DNA from: Porticoccaceae bacterium
GTDB lineage: Bacteria > Pseudomonadota > Gammaproteobacteria > Pseudomonadales > Porticoccaceae
Length of the DNA stretch: 36,822 nucleotides
Direction of reading: 5' to 3'
Assembly (NCBI GenBank): GCA_041635095.1
Contig: JBFJKD010000001.1
Coordinates: 1-36,822 of the forward strand
The notes under the pieces are model-generated. The model did no database searches. It was given only the letters and a program-made list of their open reading frames with translations, and had not been told where the DNA came from. Of this stretch, positions 26,506 through 36,822 are shown in pieces (position 1 is the first letter of the stretch; each line of letters starts with the position of its first letter). A program made the translations under genes and the position numbers.

Positions 26506-28761
26506 ATGAAAAATTCACTGATTACCCTGAAGAAAATTGTTCAGAAGATCGCCACGGCCCCGACACCCGACCAACAAACCGCAACGTTGGTTACGGAAAT
26601 TCAGGCCGCCATGAGAGTGGACGTGTGTAGCCTTTATCTGGCCGAGGGCGACGACGAGCTGGTCTTGGTGGCGACGCAGGGTCTGGCATCCGAATCGGTG
26701 GGCAAGGTGCGTATGAAAATTGGCGTTGGGCTGGTGGGCACTACTGCTTTGACCCGCCATCCGCTCAATGTGGAAAACGCGTTGACCCACGAAAAATATA
26801 AATATTTTCCCGAAACCGGCGAAGAATCCTACCGCGGATTTATGTGTGTGCCGTTGATCAACATGCGCCAGCTGGTCGGTGTGCTGGTGGTACAGCAAAA
26901 ACGGCGCCGCAAGTTTACGGATGATGAAGAAGCCTTTTTAATCACTATGGCCGCGCAGTTGGCCGGTATTTCCCAGCAAATAGTTGCGCAACAGGATCAT
27001 GCCGCCACACCCGCCCGGGTATCTGGGGTAAAACGCGTGGCGGGCGTCAGGGGCGCGGCCGGTATTGGGATTGGCAAGCTGCATCTGATTGCCGACGGTG
27101 GGTTTGGCACCGTACCCGACTGTAAAACCGACAACATTGATCTGGAAATCACTGCATTTCGCGAGGCTTTGCGGCTTACCCGGCACGAATTGGAGGAGGG
27201 CGCGGCGAGCTTGTCCGCCAGTCTGCCGGGGGATGTTGCGGAAATTTTTGCCGTGTATCGTATGTTGCTGGATAACAGTAATCTGATTGGCGATATCGAA
27301 ACGGAGGTTCGTCAGGGCAACTGGGCGCCGGGTGCGATTCGCAGCGTAGTCGATAAGTACGCGTTGCAATTTGAGACCATGGAGGATCCCTATTTTCGGG
27401 CGCGCGGCGAAGATATTCGTAACATAGGAAGCAAGCTGTATAACAAGCTGGCGGGTAAGACGTTCGTGCCTACCGCTGCCACCGACCTGATCCTGGTGGG
27501 CGACCTGATCAGCATCACGGACCTGGCTCGTTACCGCACCGAGCAGGTGGTCGGCATTGTGTGTACCTCCGGGTCGTCCTTGTCGCACACCGCGGTGCTG
27601 GCCAACGCGTTGGGTATCGCCGCTGTCATGGGTACGGGGGAGATAAAAGGGCTGGAGGAAGGCGCGCCGGCGATCGTTGACGGTTATCAGGGGGAGGTGG
27701 TGTTTAATGCCCCCGAAGCGCTGGTGGCCGAGTATCGCGGGGTGCGCGACCGGGAGCGCAACCTGCTGCGCGAACTGGAACATTTGAAAGACGAGCCAGC
27801 GGTTACCCTGGATGGGATCTCCATAAAGCTGTACACCAATACCGGGCTGATGGCGGACATATCGCCGGGTCTGCTGCGCGGCGCGCAGGGCGTGGGACTG
27901 TATCGCTCTGAAATTCCGTTTATGATACACGATAATTTTCCGACCGAAGATGAGCAGTGTTCCGTTTATCGGCACGTGCTGGAAGCGTATCGCAATAAGC
28001 CCGTTTATATTCGTACCCTGGATATCGGTGGGGACAAGGCCCTGCCGTATTATTCTTTTAAGGAAGAAAATCCCTGTCTGGGGTGGCGCGGAATTCGCTT
28101 TACACTGGATAATGCCGCGATATTTATGACTCAGGTGCGAGCCATGTTGCGCGCCTCGGTGGGGCTCGACAACCTGCACATACTGTTGCCCATGGTGAGT
28201 CGGGTCGACGAAGTAACCAGTTTTCGGGAAATTCTCGTGGATGCGCTGGGCCAGCTGCAGTCGGAAGGGTACCGCGTCGCAGTGCCCAGGATTGGTATTA
28301 TGGTAGAAGTGCCTGGGGCCATCACCTTGCTCCCCTTTCTGGCCCACAGGATTGATTTTATCTCGATCGGCTCCAACGATCTGGCGCAATATCTACTGGC
28401 AGTAGATCGCAATAACCCCCGTGTGTCGGGCATGTTTGATAATCTGCACCCGGCCGTACTGCATCAGGTGTACCATATTATTCAGACGGCCAAGCGCCTC
28501 AACCTGCCAGTCAGTTTGTGTGGTGAAATGGCCGCCGATCCGCTGGCGGCGCTGTTGTTGCTAGGCATGGGCATCGATACCCTGAGCATGAGCGCCTATA
28601 ACTTACCCAAGATAAAATGGCTTATTCGTTCGATTGCGTTTGATGATGCCGCCACCATATTGGAGAAGGCCCTGATGCTGGAGCACGAAAAGGAGATTCG
28701 ATCCATGGTTAAATCCGAGCTGGTTGCGCGCGGCCTTGGCAAGATCGTGGCGCTGGCATAA
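26506..28761 (+). CDS. ptsP: phosphoenolpyruvate-protein phosphotransferase PtsP (EI-Ntr) with N-terminal GAF domain
   Basis: The ATG at 26506 (MKNSLITLKKIV...) gives about 751 aa, the size expected for PtsP. The product has a GAF-like N-terminus (VCSLYLAEGDDELVLVATQGL...FMCVPL), the EI phospho-His region (GSSLSHTAVLANALGIAAV) and the PEP-utilizer C-terminus (FISIGSNDLAQYLLAVDR). Confidence 0.92.
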   Translation: MKNSLITLKKIVQKIATAPTPDQQTATLVTEIQAAMRVDVCSLYLAEGDDELVLVATQGLASESVGKVRMKIGVGLVGTTALTRHPLNVENALTHEKYKYFPETGEESYRGFMCVPLINMRQLVGVLVVQQKRRRKFTDDEEAFLITMAAQLAGISQQIVAQQDHAATPARVSGVKRVAGVRGAAGIGIGKLHLIADGGFGTVPDCKTDNIDLEITAFREALRLTRHELEEGAASLSASLPGDVAEIFAVYRMLLDNSNLIGDIETEVRQGNWAPGAIRSVVDKYALQFETMEDPYFRARGEDIRNIGSKLYNKLAGKTFVPTAATDLILVGDLISITDLARYRTEQVVGIVCTSGSSLSHTAVLANALGIAAVMGTGEIKGLEEGAPAIVDGYQGEVVFNAPEALVAEYRGVRDRERNLLRELEHLKDEPAVTLDGISIKLYTNTGLMADISPGLLRGAQGVGLYRSEIPFMIHDNFPTEDEQCSVYRHVLEAYRNKPVYIRTLDIGGDKALPYYSFKEENPCLGWRGIRFTLDNAAIFMTQVRAMLRASVGLDNLHILLPMVSRVDEVTSFREILVDALGQLQSEGYRVAVPRIGIMVEVPGAITLLPFLAHRIDFISIGSNDLAQYLLAVDRNNPRVSGMFDNLHPAVLHQVYHIIQTAKRLNLPVSLCGEMAADPLAALLLLGMGIDTLSMSAYNLPKIKWLIRSIAFDDAATILEKALMLEHEKEIRSMVKSELVARGLGKIVALA

Positions 28762-28766
28762 CCGCG

Positions 28767-30239
28767 ATGTCTAACCTCTACGTCGTGGTCGATAATCTCG
28801 CTACCTGGGCACCTTATTTCAGCACCGAACAGGTGATCACCGCCCAGAGCTATCTGTCGACGCCAGATTACCGCCGCGCAGATGGTCAGATCTACAACCT
28901 GTGCCCGGATTTCAGCTACCGCAGCGAGGGCTATTACTGTTCGTTATTGGCCCAGGCCAGGGGCCAAAGAATCATACCGTCGGTGCGCACCATCAACGAG
29001 GTGGCGAGCGGCGCCATGATCAAGCTCAATGCCGATGTGCTCACCAGGGTGCAACGCTACCTGGACGGCGCGATGCTGCAGGGCGAAGGTCGTTTCTCAG
29101 TTAAAATATTTTTTGGAAAAACGCGTATTCCCGAGCTACAAAAGTTGGCCCGAAAAATGTTTGAGGCATTTTCGGCACCGATTCTTGAGGTGGAGTTTGA
29201 CCGTCAACTCAACTGGCAAATAAGCGCCGTCCGCCTGGGTAAATTACAGGGTCTTAGCGATAAGGAGCAGGACGAGTTTTCCGAGGCGCTGGATGGTTTC
29301 AGTAAAAAAATCTGGCGTACCCCGCGTTCCGGTAAATCATCCCGTTTCGATTTGGCGATTCTGGTCGATCCCGAAGAATCTATGCCGCCAAGCAACAAGG
29401 GCGCGCTGCAGAAATTTGTGCAACAGGCAAAATTGTTGAACATGGATGTCGATATGATTGGTTCCCAGGAGATAAACCGATTGCTTGAATACGACGCGCT
29501 GTTTATTCGCCAAACCACGGCTGTCAATCATGCGACCTACGCATTTGCGCAGTTGGCGGCGCGGCACAATATGCCGGTGATCGATGATCCCGATTCGATT
29601 ATCAAATGTACCAACAAAGTATTTCTACACGAACTGTTAACGTCGAACCGGGTGGCAGTACCGAAATCCATCATGCTGTTCAGTGGTAGTCCGCTTAGTT
29701 ACGAGGCGCTGGTGGAGCAGCTGGGCGCGCCGCTGGTGCTCAAGATTCCCGACGGTTCATTCTCGGTGGGCATTGTTAAAACCAGCAATGCCGATGAATT
29801 CAAGGTTGCGACGGATGAATTGTTTGCCCAGTCATCCGTGATTATCGTGCAGGAATACATTCCCACCGAATTCGACTGGCGCATAGGCGTGCTCAACGGG
29901 CGCGCCCTGTACGCCTGTAAATACCTGATGGCGAGGGGACACTGGCAGATATACAACCATCAGGCCGACAGCGTGAAATCCGGTGGATTTGAAACAGTAG
30001 CCGTACACAAGGTGCCGCGGTCGGTACTTAAGGCAGCGCTGAAGGCCGCGTCTCTGATCGGTAATAGTTTATATGGGGTCGATCTCAAGGCGACGCAGAA
30101 CGCGGTAGTAGTGATCGAGGTAAACGATAACCCTAATATCGATAAAGGTGTGGAAGACGCTTATCTGGGCGATGATCTCTACCGCATTATTCTCGACGAG
30201 TTCGTGCGCCGTCTCGAAGCCCGCGGTCGGACTCACTGA
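28767..30239 (+). CDS. RimK-family ATP-grasp ligase with RimK-like N-terminal (RLAN-type) domain
   Basis: The 490-aa ORF starts 5 nt after the ptsP stop. The C-terminal ~290 aa are RimK-like ATP-grasp (ALFIRQTT...CTNKVFLHELL...LVLKIPDGSFSVGIVK...IIVQEYIPTEFDWRIGVL...YGVDLK...VVIEVNDNPNID). I recall the N-terminal ~190 aa as matching the RLAN domain. Confidence 0.8.
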   Translation: MSNLYVVVDNLATWAPYFSTEQVITAQSYLSTPDYRRADGQIYNLCPDFSYRSEGYYCSLLAQARGQRIIPSVRTINEVASGAMIKLNADVLTRVQRYLDGAMLQGEGRFSVKIFFGKTRIPELQKLARKMFEAFSAPILEVEFDRQLNWQISAVRLGKLQGLSDKEQDEFSEALDGFSKKIWRTPRSGKSSRFDLAILVDPEESMPPSNKGALQKFVQQAKLLNMDVDMIGSQEINRLLEYDALFIRQTTAVNHATYAFAQLAARHNMPVIDDPDSIIKCTNKVFLHELLTSNRVAVPKSIMLFSGSPLSYEALVEQLGAPLVLKIPDGSFSVGIVKTSNADEFKVATDELFAQSSVIIVQEYIPTEFDWRIGVLNGRALYACKYLMARGHWQIYNHQADSVKSGGFETVAVHKVPRSVLKAALKAASLIGNSLYGVDLKATQNAVVVIEVNDNPNIDKGVEDAYLGDDLYRIILDEFVRRLEARGRTH

Positions 30240-30244
30240 TCGAC

Positions 30245-30706
30245 ATGCAGGTTGCTGGCAAGCCGCGCATTCGCATCGGCGATGTACAGGACCTCCAGGC
30301 TCTTGCTGCTCTGGAAAAAAATACATTTAACGATGATCAGTTTAGCCGCCGTCAATTTCACTGGTTGTTGACGCGGGCCAACGCGCATTTTCTGGTGGCC
30401 GAGGTAAACCAGGCGATTGTCGGTTACGCGATTGGACTGTACCGACGTAATTCACGCGTCTGTCGCTGTTATGGGCTGGCGGTCGCCGCGCAATTCAGGG
30501 GTGGTGGTCTCGCGCAACAACTGATGGCGAAATTGCGGATGGAGGCCGTACGCCGTGGCTGTGTCGTAATTAGTCTGGAGGTGCGTGCCGACAACCAGCG
30601 CGCCATTAATTTTTATCGACGCCTCGGTTTTCAGCACTATCAAGGGCTACCGAAATACTACGACCACGGCGCGGACGGTCTGCGCTTGCGGATGGTGGTG
30701 GAATAA
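30245..30706 (+). CDS. GNAT-family N-acetyltransferase (RimI-like)
   Basis: The 153-aa ORF starts 5 nt after the ATP-grasp stop. It has an acetyl-CoA-binding motif (LAVAAQFRGGGLAQQLM) and the conserved NQRAINFYRRLGF. Confidence 0.85.
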   Translation: MQVAGKPRIRIGDVQDLQALAALEKNTFNDDQFSRRQFHWLLTRANAHFLVAEVNQAIVGYAIGLYRRNSRVCRCYGLAVAAQFRGGGLAQQLMAKLRMEAVRRGCVVISLEVRADNQRAINFYRRLGFQHYQGLPKYYDHGADGLRLRMVVE

Positions 30707-30755
30707 CACACGGATTTTTCTGCCAGGGGTGGTCTCTCGATTTTTCTCGGGACAG

Positions 30756-30791
30756 TCGCTGGTTAAGTCGGTGGTTAAGTCGCTGGTTAAC
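30756..30791. repeat. 12-bp tandem repeat x3 (TCGSTGGTTAAS)
   Basis: Read directly: TCGCTGGTTAAG TCGGTGGTTAAG TCGCTGGTTAAC. It lies in the convergent spacer between the GNAT and SulP genes. It overlaps a CTGGTT...AACCAG inverted repeat (30783-30806). Confidence 0.85.
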
Positions 30792-30821
30792 TGGTCTGCC
30801 AACCAGCGCGGCGATTGTCAG

Positions 30822-32552
30822 TCAGTGAGGGTTCGGATCGGACAAGTACAGCAGCGCGTCGGCAAGTGTCGGGTAGATTGCGCAAACCCCGACTTCGGGT
30901 TTAAAGCCCGCACGCGCCAGGGTTTTTAGTGGTTGGAACTGTAAGTCGGCCAATAACACCAGCGTGCCCGATGCGCGACATTTTGACAGGAATTTGGTTA
31001 ACGCGGCGACGCCACCGGCATCGAGAAGCGACACGCCATCGAGATACAGAACCAGTCCCCGTTTGTTTTCGCAGTGCAATGCAAGCTCGCCAAAAATGCG
31101 GTCTGCCGCCGCAAAGAACAGCGGGCCGTTGATCTTTAAAATCTGCCAGTTGGATGGCACTTCCACGTCGATCAGTTTTTTATTTTCGGTGACATCGCGC
31201 ACGGTGGTCATTTCGGCAATCTGTTTCATAAACAACAATGACGACAGAACGATACCTGCGGTGATGGCGATCACCATGTCGAATAGAACAGTGAGGCTAA
31301 AGCAGGTGAAAAACACCGCAATGTCGCTCCCCGGTGCGGTGCGTATCAGTTGCACGGCTTTGGGCGCTTCGCTCATGTTCCACGCCACCATCAAAAGCAG
31401 GGCGGCCATACTTGCCATGGGTAAATAACCCAGCAAGCGAGTCAGGAAAATCAACGATAGCAGGACGACCACCGCGTGCACCATCGACGCAACCGGCGAC
31501 TGCGCACCTGCCCTGAAGTTGGCTGCGGAGCGGGCAATTGCCGCGGTTGCAGTGATGCCGCCAAACAGCGGCGCGATGATATTGCCGAGTCCTTGCCCAA
31601 ACAGCTCGCTGTTGGCGCTGTGGCGGGTGCCTGTCATGCCATCCAACACGACCGCACACAGCAGTGACTCGATGGCGCCAAGCATGGCTATCGCAAATGC
31701 GCTGGCCAGTAGATCCTGTGCGAGGGGCCAACTGAACACCAGTGGCAGCTCGCCGGGCTGGCTGCGTAACCAGGGCCACTGAAAATCCGGCAATAATGGT
31801 GGAATACCCAATCCGCTGGTTCCGTCGGGGAGAACAAAACTGAATGTTGAATTAATGGTCGCAACGGCATGCCCCTGTTGATCCAGGACGAACGCCACCA
31901 CGCCGCCAGCCAGCACGGCGGGCAAATAGGCGGATATCGACGTTTTGAGATACGGCCACAACTGGAGAACAGCCAGGGTGCTAAGCCCGGTGATTAGTGT
32001 CCAGGGCGACAGCGTTGGGATAGCCGCGACCAACGCGGCCACCTTGTCGATAAAATGCTCTGGCATGGTGAGCGCCAGACCAAAGAAGTCCTTGATCTGC
32101 ATGGTTGCGATAACCACCGCAATGCCGGCAGTAAATCCGAGGGTAACCGACGCCGGAATATATTCGATATAGCGCCCCATACGCAGCACCGACATCATGA
32201 TAAGCAGTGCACCGGCCAACATTGTGGTGATCATTAAACCCGCCAGTCCGTATTGTTGGACGACGGGATACAAAATTACCACGAAGGCGGCGGTCGGGCC
32301 GGATACGCTATATCGCGAACCACCGCTGAGGGGGATAATAAATCCAGCGATAACCGCCGTGTACAACCCATATTGCGGTGCCACACCGCTTGCTATCGCG
32401 AGCGCCATGGCGAGCGGAATGGCAATAATGCCCACGGTAATGCCCGCCACCACATCCTTGTACAGGGCGGGGAGTCGATAGGATTTTTCCGCTATAGTTT
32501 CGCGCAACGCGTGGGCGAAGCGCAGGGAAAACAGGTGCGCGCGATGACTCAT
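30822..32552 (-). CDS. SulP-family anion transporter with C-terminal STAS domain (DauA/YchM-like)
   Basis: The 576-aa ORF has the SulP N-terminal signature (DVVAGITVGIIAIPLAMALAIASGVAPQYGLYTAVIAG) and a C-terminal STAS domain (LKINGPLFFAAADRI...LDGVSLLDAGGVAAL). Confidence 0.9.
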   Translation of the reverse strand: MSHRAHLFSLRFAHALRETIAEKSYRLPALYKDVVAGITVGIIAIPLAMALAIASGVAPQYGLYTAVIAGFIIPLSGGSRYSVSGPTAAFVVILYPVVQQYGLAGLMITTMLAGALLIMMSVLRMGRYIEYIPASVTLGFTAGIAVVIATMQIKDFFGLALTMPEHFIDKVAALVAAIPTLSPWTLITGLSTLAVLQLWPYLKTSISAYLPAVLAGGVVAFVLDQQGHAVATINSTFSFVLPDGTSGLGIPPLLPDFQWPWLRSQPGELPLVFSWPLAQDLLASAFAIAMLGAIESLLCAVVLDGMTGTRHSANSELFGQGLGNIIAPLFGGITATAAIARSAANFRAGAQSPVASMVHAVVVLLSLIFLTRLLGYLPMASMAALLLMVAWNMSEAPKAVQLIRTAPGSDIAVFFTCFSLTVLFDMVIAITAGIVLSSLLFMKQIAEMTTVRDVTENKKLIDVEVPSNWQILKINGPLFFAAADRIFGELALHCENKRGLVLYLDGVSLLDAGGVAALTKFLSKCRASGTLVLLADLQFQPLKTLARAGFKPEVGVCAIYPTLADALLYLSDPNPH

Positions 32553-32672
32553 TGCACTGGCGCCGGTGATTCGCCGGGCGCGGCGTGCGAGGGGGTGAAG
32601 CGACGTGTTGTGAAAATTATGTCCGTAATGTCAGGTTCCGCTGTGCCGGTAGATTAATTAGCGCTGGTTTTT

Positions 32673-33530
32673 TCAGGGTTTGATAATGAGCAAGTCCGTG
32701 CGCAGATTTTTGATAATGTTCTCTGCGGTATTACCCAGCAATTTGCCTTTGACACCCTTGCGGCCCACGCTGCCCATGATGACCAGTTCCGCCTTGATTT
32801 TTTTGGCGATACTGGCAATTTCCTTCACCGGATCGCCAGCCGTAACGTGGGCTGCATCCGCGCTGGTGCCGTGTTGTTCAAGGAGGTTATGCAGTTTTTT
32901 GGTGGCGGCAACCCCTTTTTTTCTCATCACTTCCGGTGGCTCTGTAATCACTAGCGCGTCGAGTGCTTTGGCGATTGCAATCGTGTAGGCAACGTGTAAT
33001 TTGCTGTGGCCAGCGACGGCCAATTGTTGTGCCATATCCAGCACCTTGCCGTTGATGGTTTGCTGTAGTGCGTTGCGGCTCGCGACATCCACCGTGGCCA
33101 GTATGCACGGCTTGCTTTTCCATTTTTTGGGTGAACAGATCAACAGCGGACAGGTGAGCTGACGAATTAGTTTCCAGTCGGTCGGCGTGTGGAATACCTT
33201 CCTGGAGTAATCCCCGGTTTTTATCACCAGCGCAATAGCGCGGGATGCTACCGTTTGCGAAGTCCATTCGGCAATGTCCGGGTGAGCGACAAACTCAATG
33301 CTGACTTTGAGCTTTGGCGCGGGCTGGCGCGCAAGGGCTGCGGCGATAATTGCCTGAACAGCCTCCCTGGCTTCTCTGCCGGGTCGTGGCGCACCAAAAA
33401 CAGCCATACTGATTTTCGCGCCAAACGGCACCGCCATCGCAATAGCCTTGTCGAGGACTGAGTTGAGGACAGAGTCGAGGACAGAATGTTGCGGGTTGTC
33501 GTAATTCCAGATAACGAGAATATGCTGCAT
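32673..33530 (-). CDS. universal stress protein, tandem USP domains (UspE-like)
   Basis: The 285-aa ORF contains two USP-like halves. The C-terminal half carries the ATP-type motif LVIMGSVGRKGVKGKLLGNTAENI. Confidence 0.8.
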   Translation of the reverse strand: MQHILVIWNYDNPQHSVLDSVLNSVLDKAIAMAVPFGAKISMAVFGAPRPGREAREAVQAIIAAALARQPAPKLKVSIEFVAHPDIAEWTSQTVASRAIALVIKTGDYSRKVFHTPTDWKLIRQLTCPLLICSPKKWKSKPCILATVDVASRNALQQTINGKVLDMAQQLAVAGHSKLHVAYTIAIAKALDALVITEPPEVMRKKGVAATKKLHNLLEQHGTSADAAHVTAGDPVKEIASIAKKIKAELVIMGSVGRKGVKGKLLGNTAENIIKNLRTDLLIIKP

Positions 33531-33689
33531 GTGCGGTTTCCCAGGGACATTGCGTCAAGCGGCATTATTCTGGCATACCGGCAGTCCCTGCGAAAGTGAT
33601 GTCGTATCTCGGTGATCAACAAAAAAAATGACATACGAGCCAACGCCCACGCAACCAGAGAATAAATAGACAATTTTTAGCAGGCGTGG

Positions 33690-34157
33690 GCGATTGTGTT
33701 TGTCTACGGCTGTCCCCTGACGCAGCATTTGCGCCGGTCTTTCTCTGGTCTCCCGATTTTACACTACGCAGGGCGTTTCAAGCGGGCAGATGCCGCCAAT
33801 TGCCGCTCACTATGGATCGGTGAGGTTGGGCACCTACGCTGTGGCGGTGATATATTTCGCCATGCGCGATATTATTTTTGAAGAGTACCTGCCGTTGTTT
33901 TTGAAGAGTACCTGCCGTTGTTGCTGGTGTTGCTGGAAATACCGGCAATTCTGGGGGGGATCGTCCTTGCCCGGGGTTGGTCGCAGCGCAGCGACTGGGG
34001 TTCGGTCGTCCACCAAGTTTTTTAGGCAAAGGCATCCTGTTGTCAATTGGAGGCTTGCTGATTGGCCGGGCTGGCGGGGCCAGATGGTTTGTCGTCTATG
34101 GCGCCGTTGTTCTTCGATCTGTTCCAGGGTGTGCTGGCCATCTTCCTGCTTGCCATT
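33690..34157 (+). pseudogene. Decayed and truncated SbtA-like sodium-dependent bicarbonate transport family permease (Sbt_1/DUF897-type)
   Basis: Homologous peptide segments are spread over three reading frames: ...ILHYAGRFKRADAA / PIAAHYGSVRLGTYAVAVIYFAMRDIIFEEYLPL / LLVLLEIPAILGGIVLARGW...VVHQVF* / LGKGILLSIGGLLIGRAGG / PDGLSSMAPLFFDLFQGVLAIFLLAI. The frame breaks lie near 33795, at the 23-bp duplication (33875-33920), at the T6 run (34018-34023) and at the G4 run (34076-34079). Both ends are missing. Similarity stops at the stop codon of the USP gene (34156-34158). Confidence 0.7.
33875..33920. repeat. Perfect 23-bp tandem duplication (TTTTTGAAGAGTACCTGCCGTTG x2) inside the pseudogene
   Basis: Copies lie at 33875-33897 and 33898-33920. 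Removing one copy joins ...IIFEEYLPL directly in frame to LLVLLEIPAILGGIVLARG. Confidence 0.95.
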
Positions 34158-35019
34158 AACGAAGGAGCAGGGTGGGAATGGTCGCCGCGCGCAGCAGGTC
34201 CGTGGTTTTACTGCCAAACAGCAGGCTGCGCAGCGGCGCATGGCTGTATGCTCCCATGATTAGAATATCGATGCCCTGATCCTTTACGGCCCGGGCTATA
34301 ACCCGCTCCGCATCCCCCGGTATGTGGGACATCGGGGCATCGAAACCCGCGGACTCCAGGGTTTTTTTTGCCCACTCAAGTTCCTTTGAAGCATCCTGGT
34401 TTTCCTTGCCGGACATCAATAGATGCACCGGGAGGCCTTTGAAGAGCGGGCTTGACGCGACCATCTCGACGCCTCGGCGGGTAACAATTTCGCCGTCGAA
34501 GGCAATCATCACGCGGCGTGGTTCGGTGAACCCCTCGGTGATCGCCAGAATCGGTTTATGCAGGGCGCGCACCACGCGCTCGACGTGACGACCCAGGTCG
34601 CGCTGCGTGTGTTCCGCTGATTCGCCGCGCCGACCCAGCACGAAGAGGCGCACATCGTCCTCTTGTTCCGCGAGTGTTTCTTCCAGTTGTCCGTAACGTT
34701 GACGAATATCCGGCGATTGCACGCCAGCGGCAACGGCGCGCTCCCGTAGCCGATTCAGAAAGAGCCGACCCTGCTCGCGCGCGGCTTTACTGTGCGACTC
34801 GTCCGCATTGGATAGCACGCTTAGCAGTTGCTCCTGAGCGTCGATGCCAATGGTGCCACTGTGATCCTGAGTGCTCGCGGTTTCGGGATGGCGATCGATG
34901 ATATGCAGCAACTCAAGTGGCGCACTCATGCGTTGCGCCGCCCATGCGGCGTAATCGGCCACATAGTCCGCAAAGCGCGACTGATCGACACAGGCCAGGA
35001 CTTTGTTCTCGTCGTTCAT
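34156..35019 (-). CDS. universal stress protein, tandem USP domains
   Basis: The 287-aa ORF contains two USP halves (VLACVDQS...LFVLGRRGES and VMIAFDG...ILIMGAYSHAPLRSLLFGSKTTDLL). It lies 11 nt downstream of the SulP gene. Confidence 0.85.
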   Translation of the reverse strand: MNDENKVLACVDQSRFADYVADYAAWAAQRMSAPLELLHIIDRHPETASTQDHSGTIGIDAQEQLLSVLSNADESHSKAAREQGRLFLNRLRERAVAAGVQSPDIRQRYGQLEETLAEQEDDVRLFVLGRRGESAEHTQRDLGRHVERVVRALHKPILAITEGFTEPRRVMIAFDGEIVTRRGVEMVASSPLFKGLPVHLLMSGKENQDASKELEWAKKTLESAGFDAPMSHIPGDAERVIARAVKDQGIDILIMGAYSHAPLRSLLFGSKTTDLLRAATIPTLLLR

Positions 35020-35030
35020 ATTGGCGCTCC

Positions 35031-36572
<1,542 letters not shown>

Positions 36573-36693
36573 AGTGCCTGCCCCAGCGGCGAAACAGCGA
36601 AGGAAAAGTGACCCGCCTCAGTAGGGGGATACAACGGCGTTCAAGTGCCCGGCGTACATGGGAGTGTGCCGTTGTCGTGCTCAGGCGCGGAAC

Positions 36694-36822
36694 TCACAGC
36701 GGCGGGTGTCCAGGAGCGGTGGTGACAACGCGCATTCTACCGAGCATGACCCCATGGGGCAATTCGCCGCTGTCCAGGCCGCCGCCAATGCTTGCGAAAT
36801 GGATGGAAAAAGCCGCCCGCAC
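36694..36822 (-). CDS. Possible 3' end of a CDS entering from the right edge (unknown product)
   Basis: The minus-strand frame is open from the window edge to a TGA at 36694-36696 (...AAFSIHFASIGGGLDSGELPHGVMLGRMRVVTTAPGHPPL*). Third codon positions are G/C-biased as in the surrounding genes. I recognised no family. Confidence 0.3.
   Translation of the reverse strand: MRAAFSIHFASIGGGLDSGELPHGVMLGRMRVVTTAPGHPPL

Noticed and set aside
26938-28389. 483-aa minus-strand ORF antisense to ptsP
   Set aside because: The ptsP frame carries unmistakable EI motifs. The antisense product is Arg/Gln/His-rich with no domain signature.
33248-33673. 141-aa minus-strand ORF overlapping the 5' part of the USP gene
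   Set aside because: It is out of frame with the well-supported USP gene and largely overlaps it. It has no motifs.
33790-34263. 157-aa ORF with an odd Cys/Trp-rich segment (STCRCCWCCWKYRQFW)
   Set aside because: It is produced by reading through the 23-bp duplication out of frame within the SbtA-like pseudogene. Flanking segments in other frames carry the genuine family sequence.

Overview
This 36.8-kb window looks like ordinary chromosome from a moderately GC-rich proteobacterium. A marine gammaproteobacterium is my guess, at low confidence. By eye I found no rRNA, tRNA, CRISPR array, transposase, integrase or phage gene.

Gene order:
- 1-53 (-): the first 17 codons of a crotonase-like gene running off the left edge.
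- 239-4425 (-): a two-gene RND efflux operon (adaptor plus permease, start and stop overlapping in ATGA), with no outer-membrane factor and no adjacent regulator.
- 4426-5631: a 1.2-kb ORF-poor gap carrying TAGTAGC/GCTACTA-type palindromes.
- 5632-24791: a roughly 19-kb block made almost entirely of redox and hydrolase genes. It holds one alpha/beta hydrolase, two luciferase-like (LLM) flavin monooxygenases, seven SDRs (three of them tandem HSD10/FadB2-like paralogs), two MBL-fold hydrolases flanking a DUF2889 gene, two tandem dodecin-like genes, an MFS transporter, an amidohydrolase_2 protein, a D-aminoacylase-like amidohydrolase and an aldo/keto reductase. I saw no DNA-binding regulator and no flavin reductase.
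- 25119-26133: an orphan Cys-rich secreted small protein and a HAD hydrolase.
- 26506-30706: a tightly packed ptsP, RimK-like ATP-grasp, GNAT trio with 5-nt gaps.
- 30822-36572: an anion-transport and stress module, SulP-USP-[decayed SbtA-like pseudogene]-USP-SulP.

Observations most worth follow-up:
- Both dodecin paralogs lack the flavin-stacking Trp.
- The ptsP/ATP-grasp/GNAT genes look like one operon.
- The SbtA-like pseudogene is broken by a perfect 23-bp tandem duplication plus indels in homopolymer runs.
- Short (12-23 bp) tandem duplications recur in intergenic spacers across the window.
- The efflux operon is preceded by the ORF-poor, palindrome-bearing gap.

All family assignments come from motif recognition in the supplied translations. 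No database search was run.
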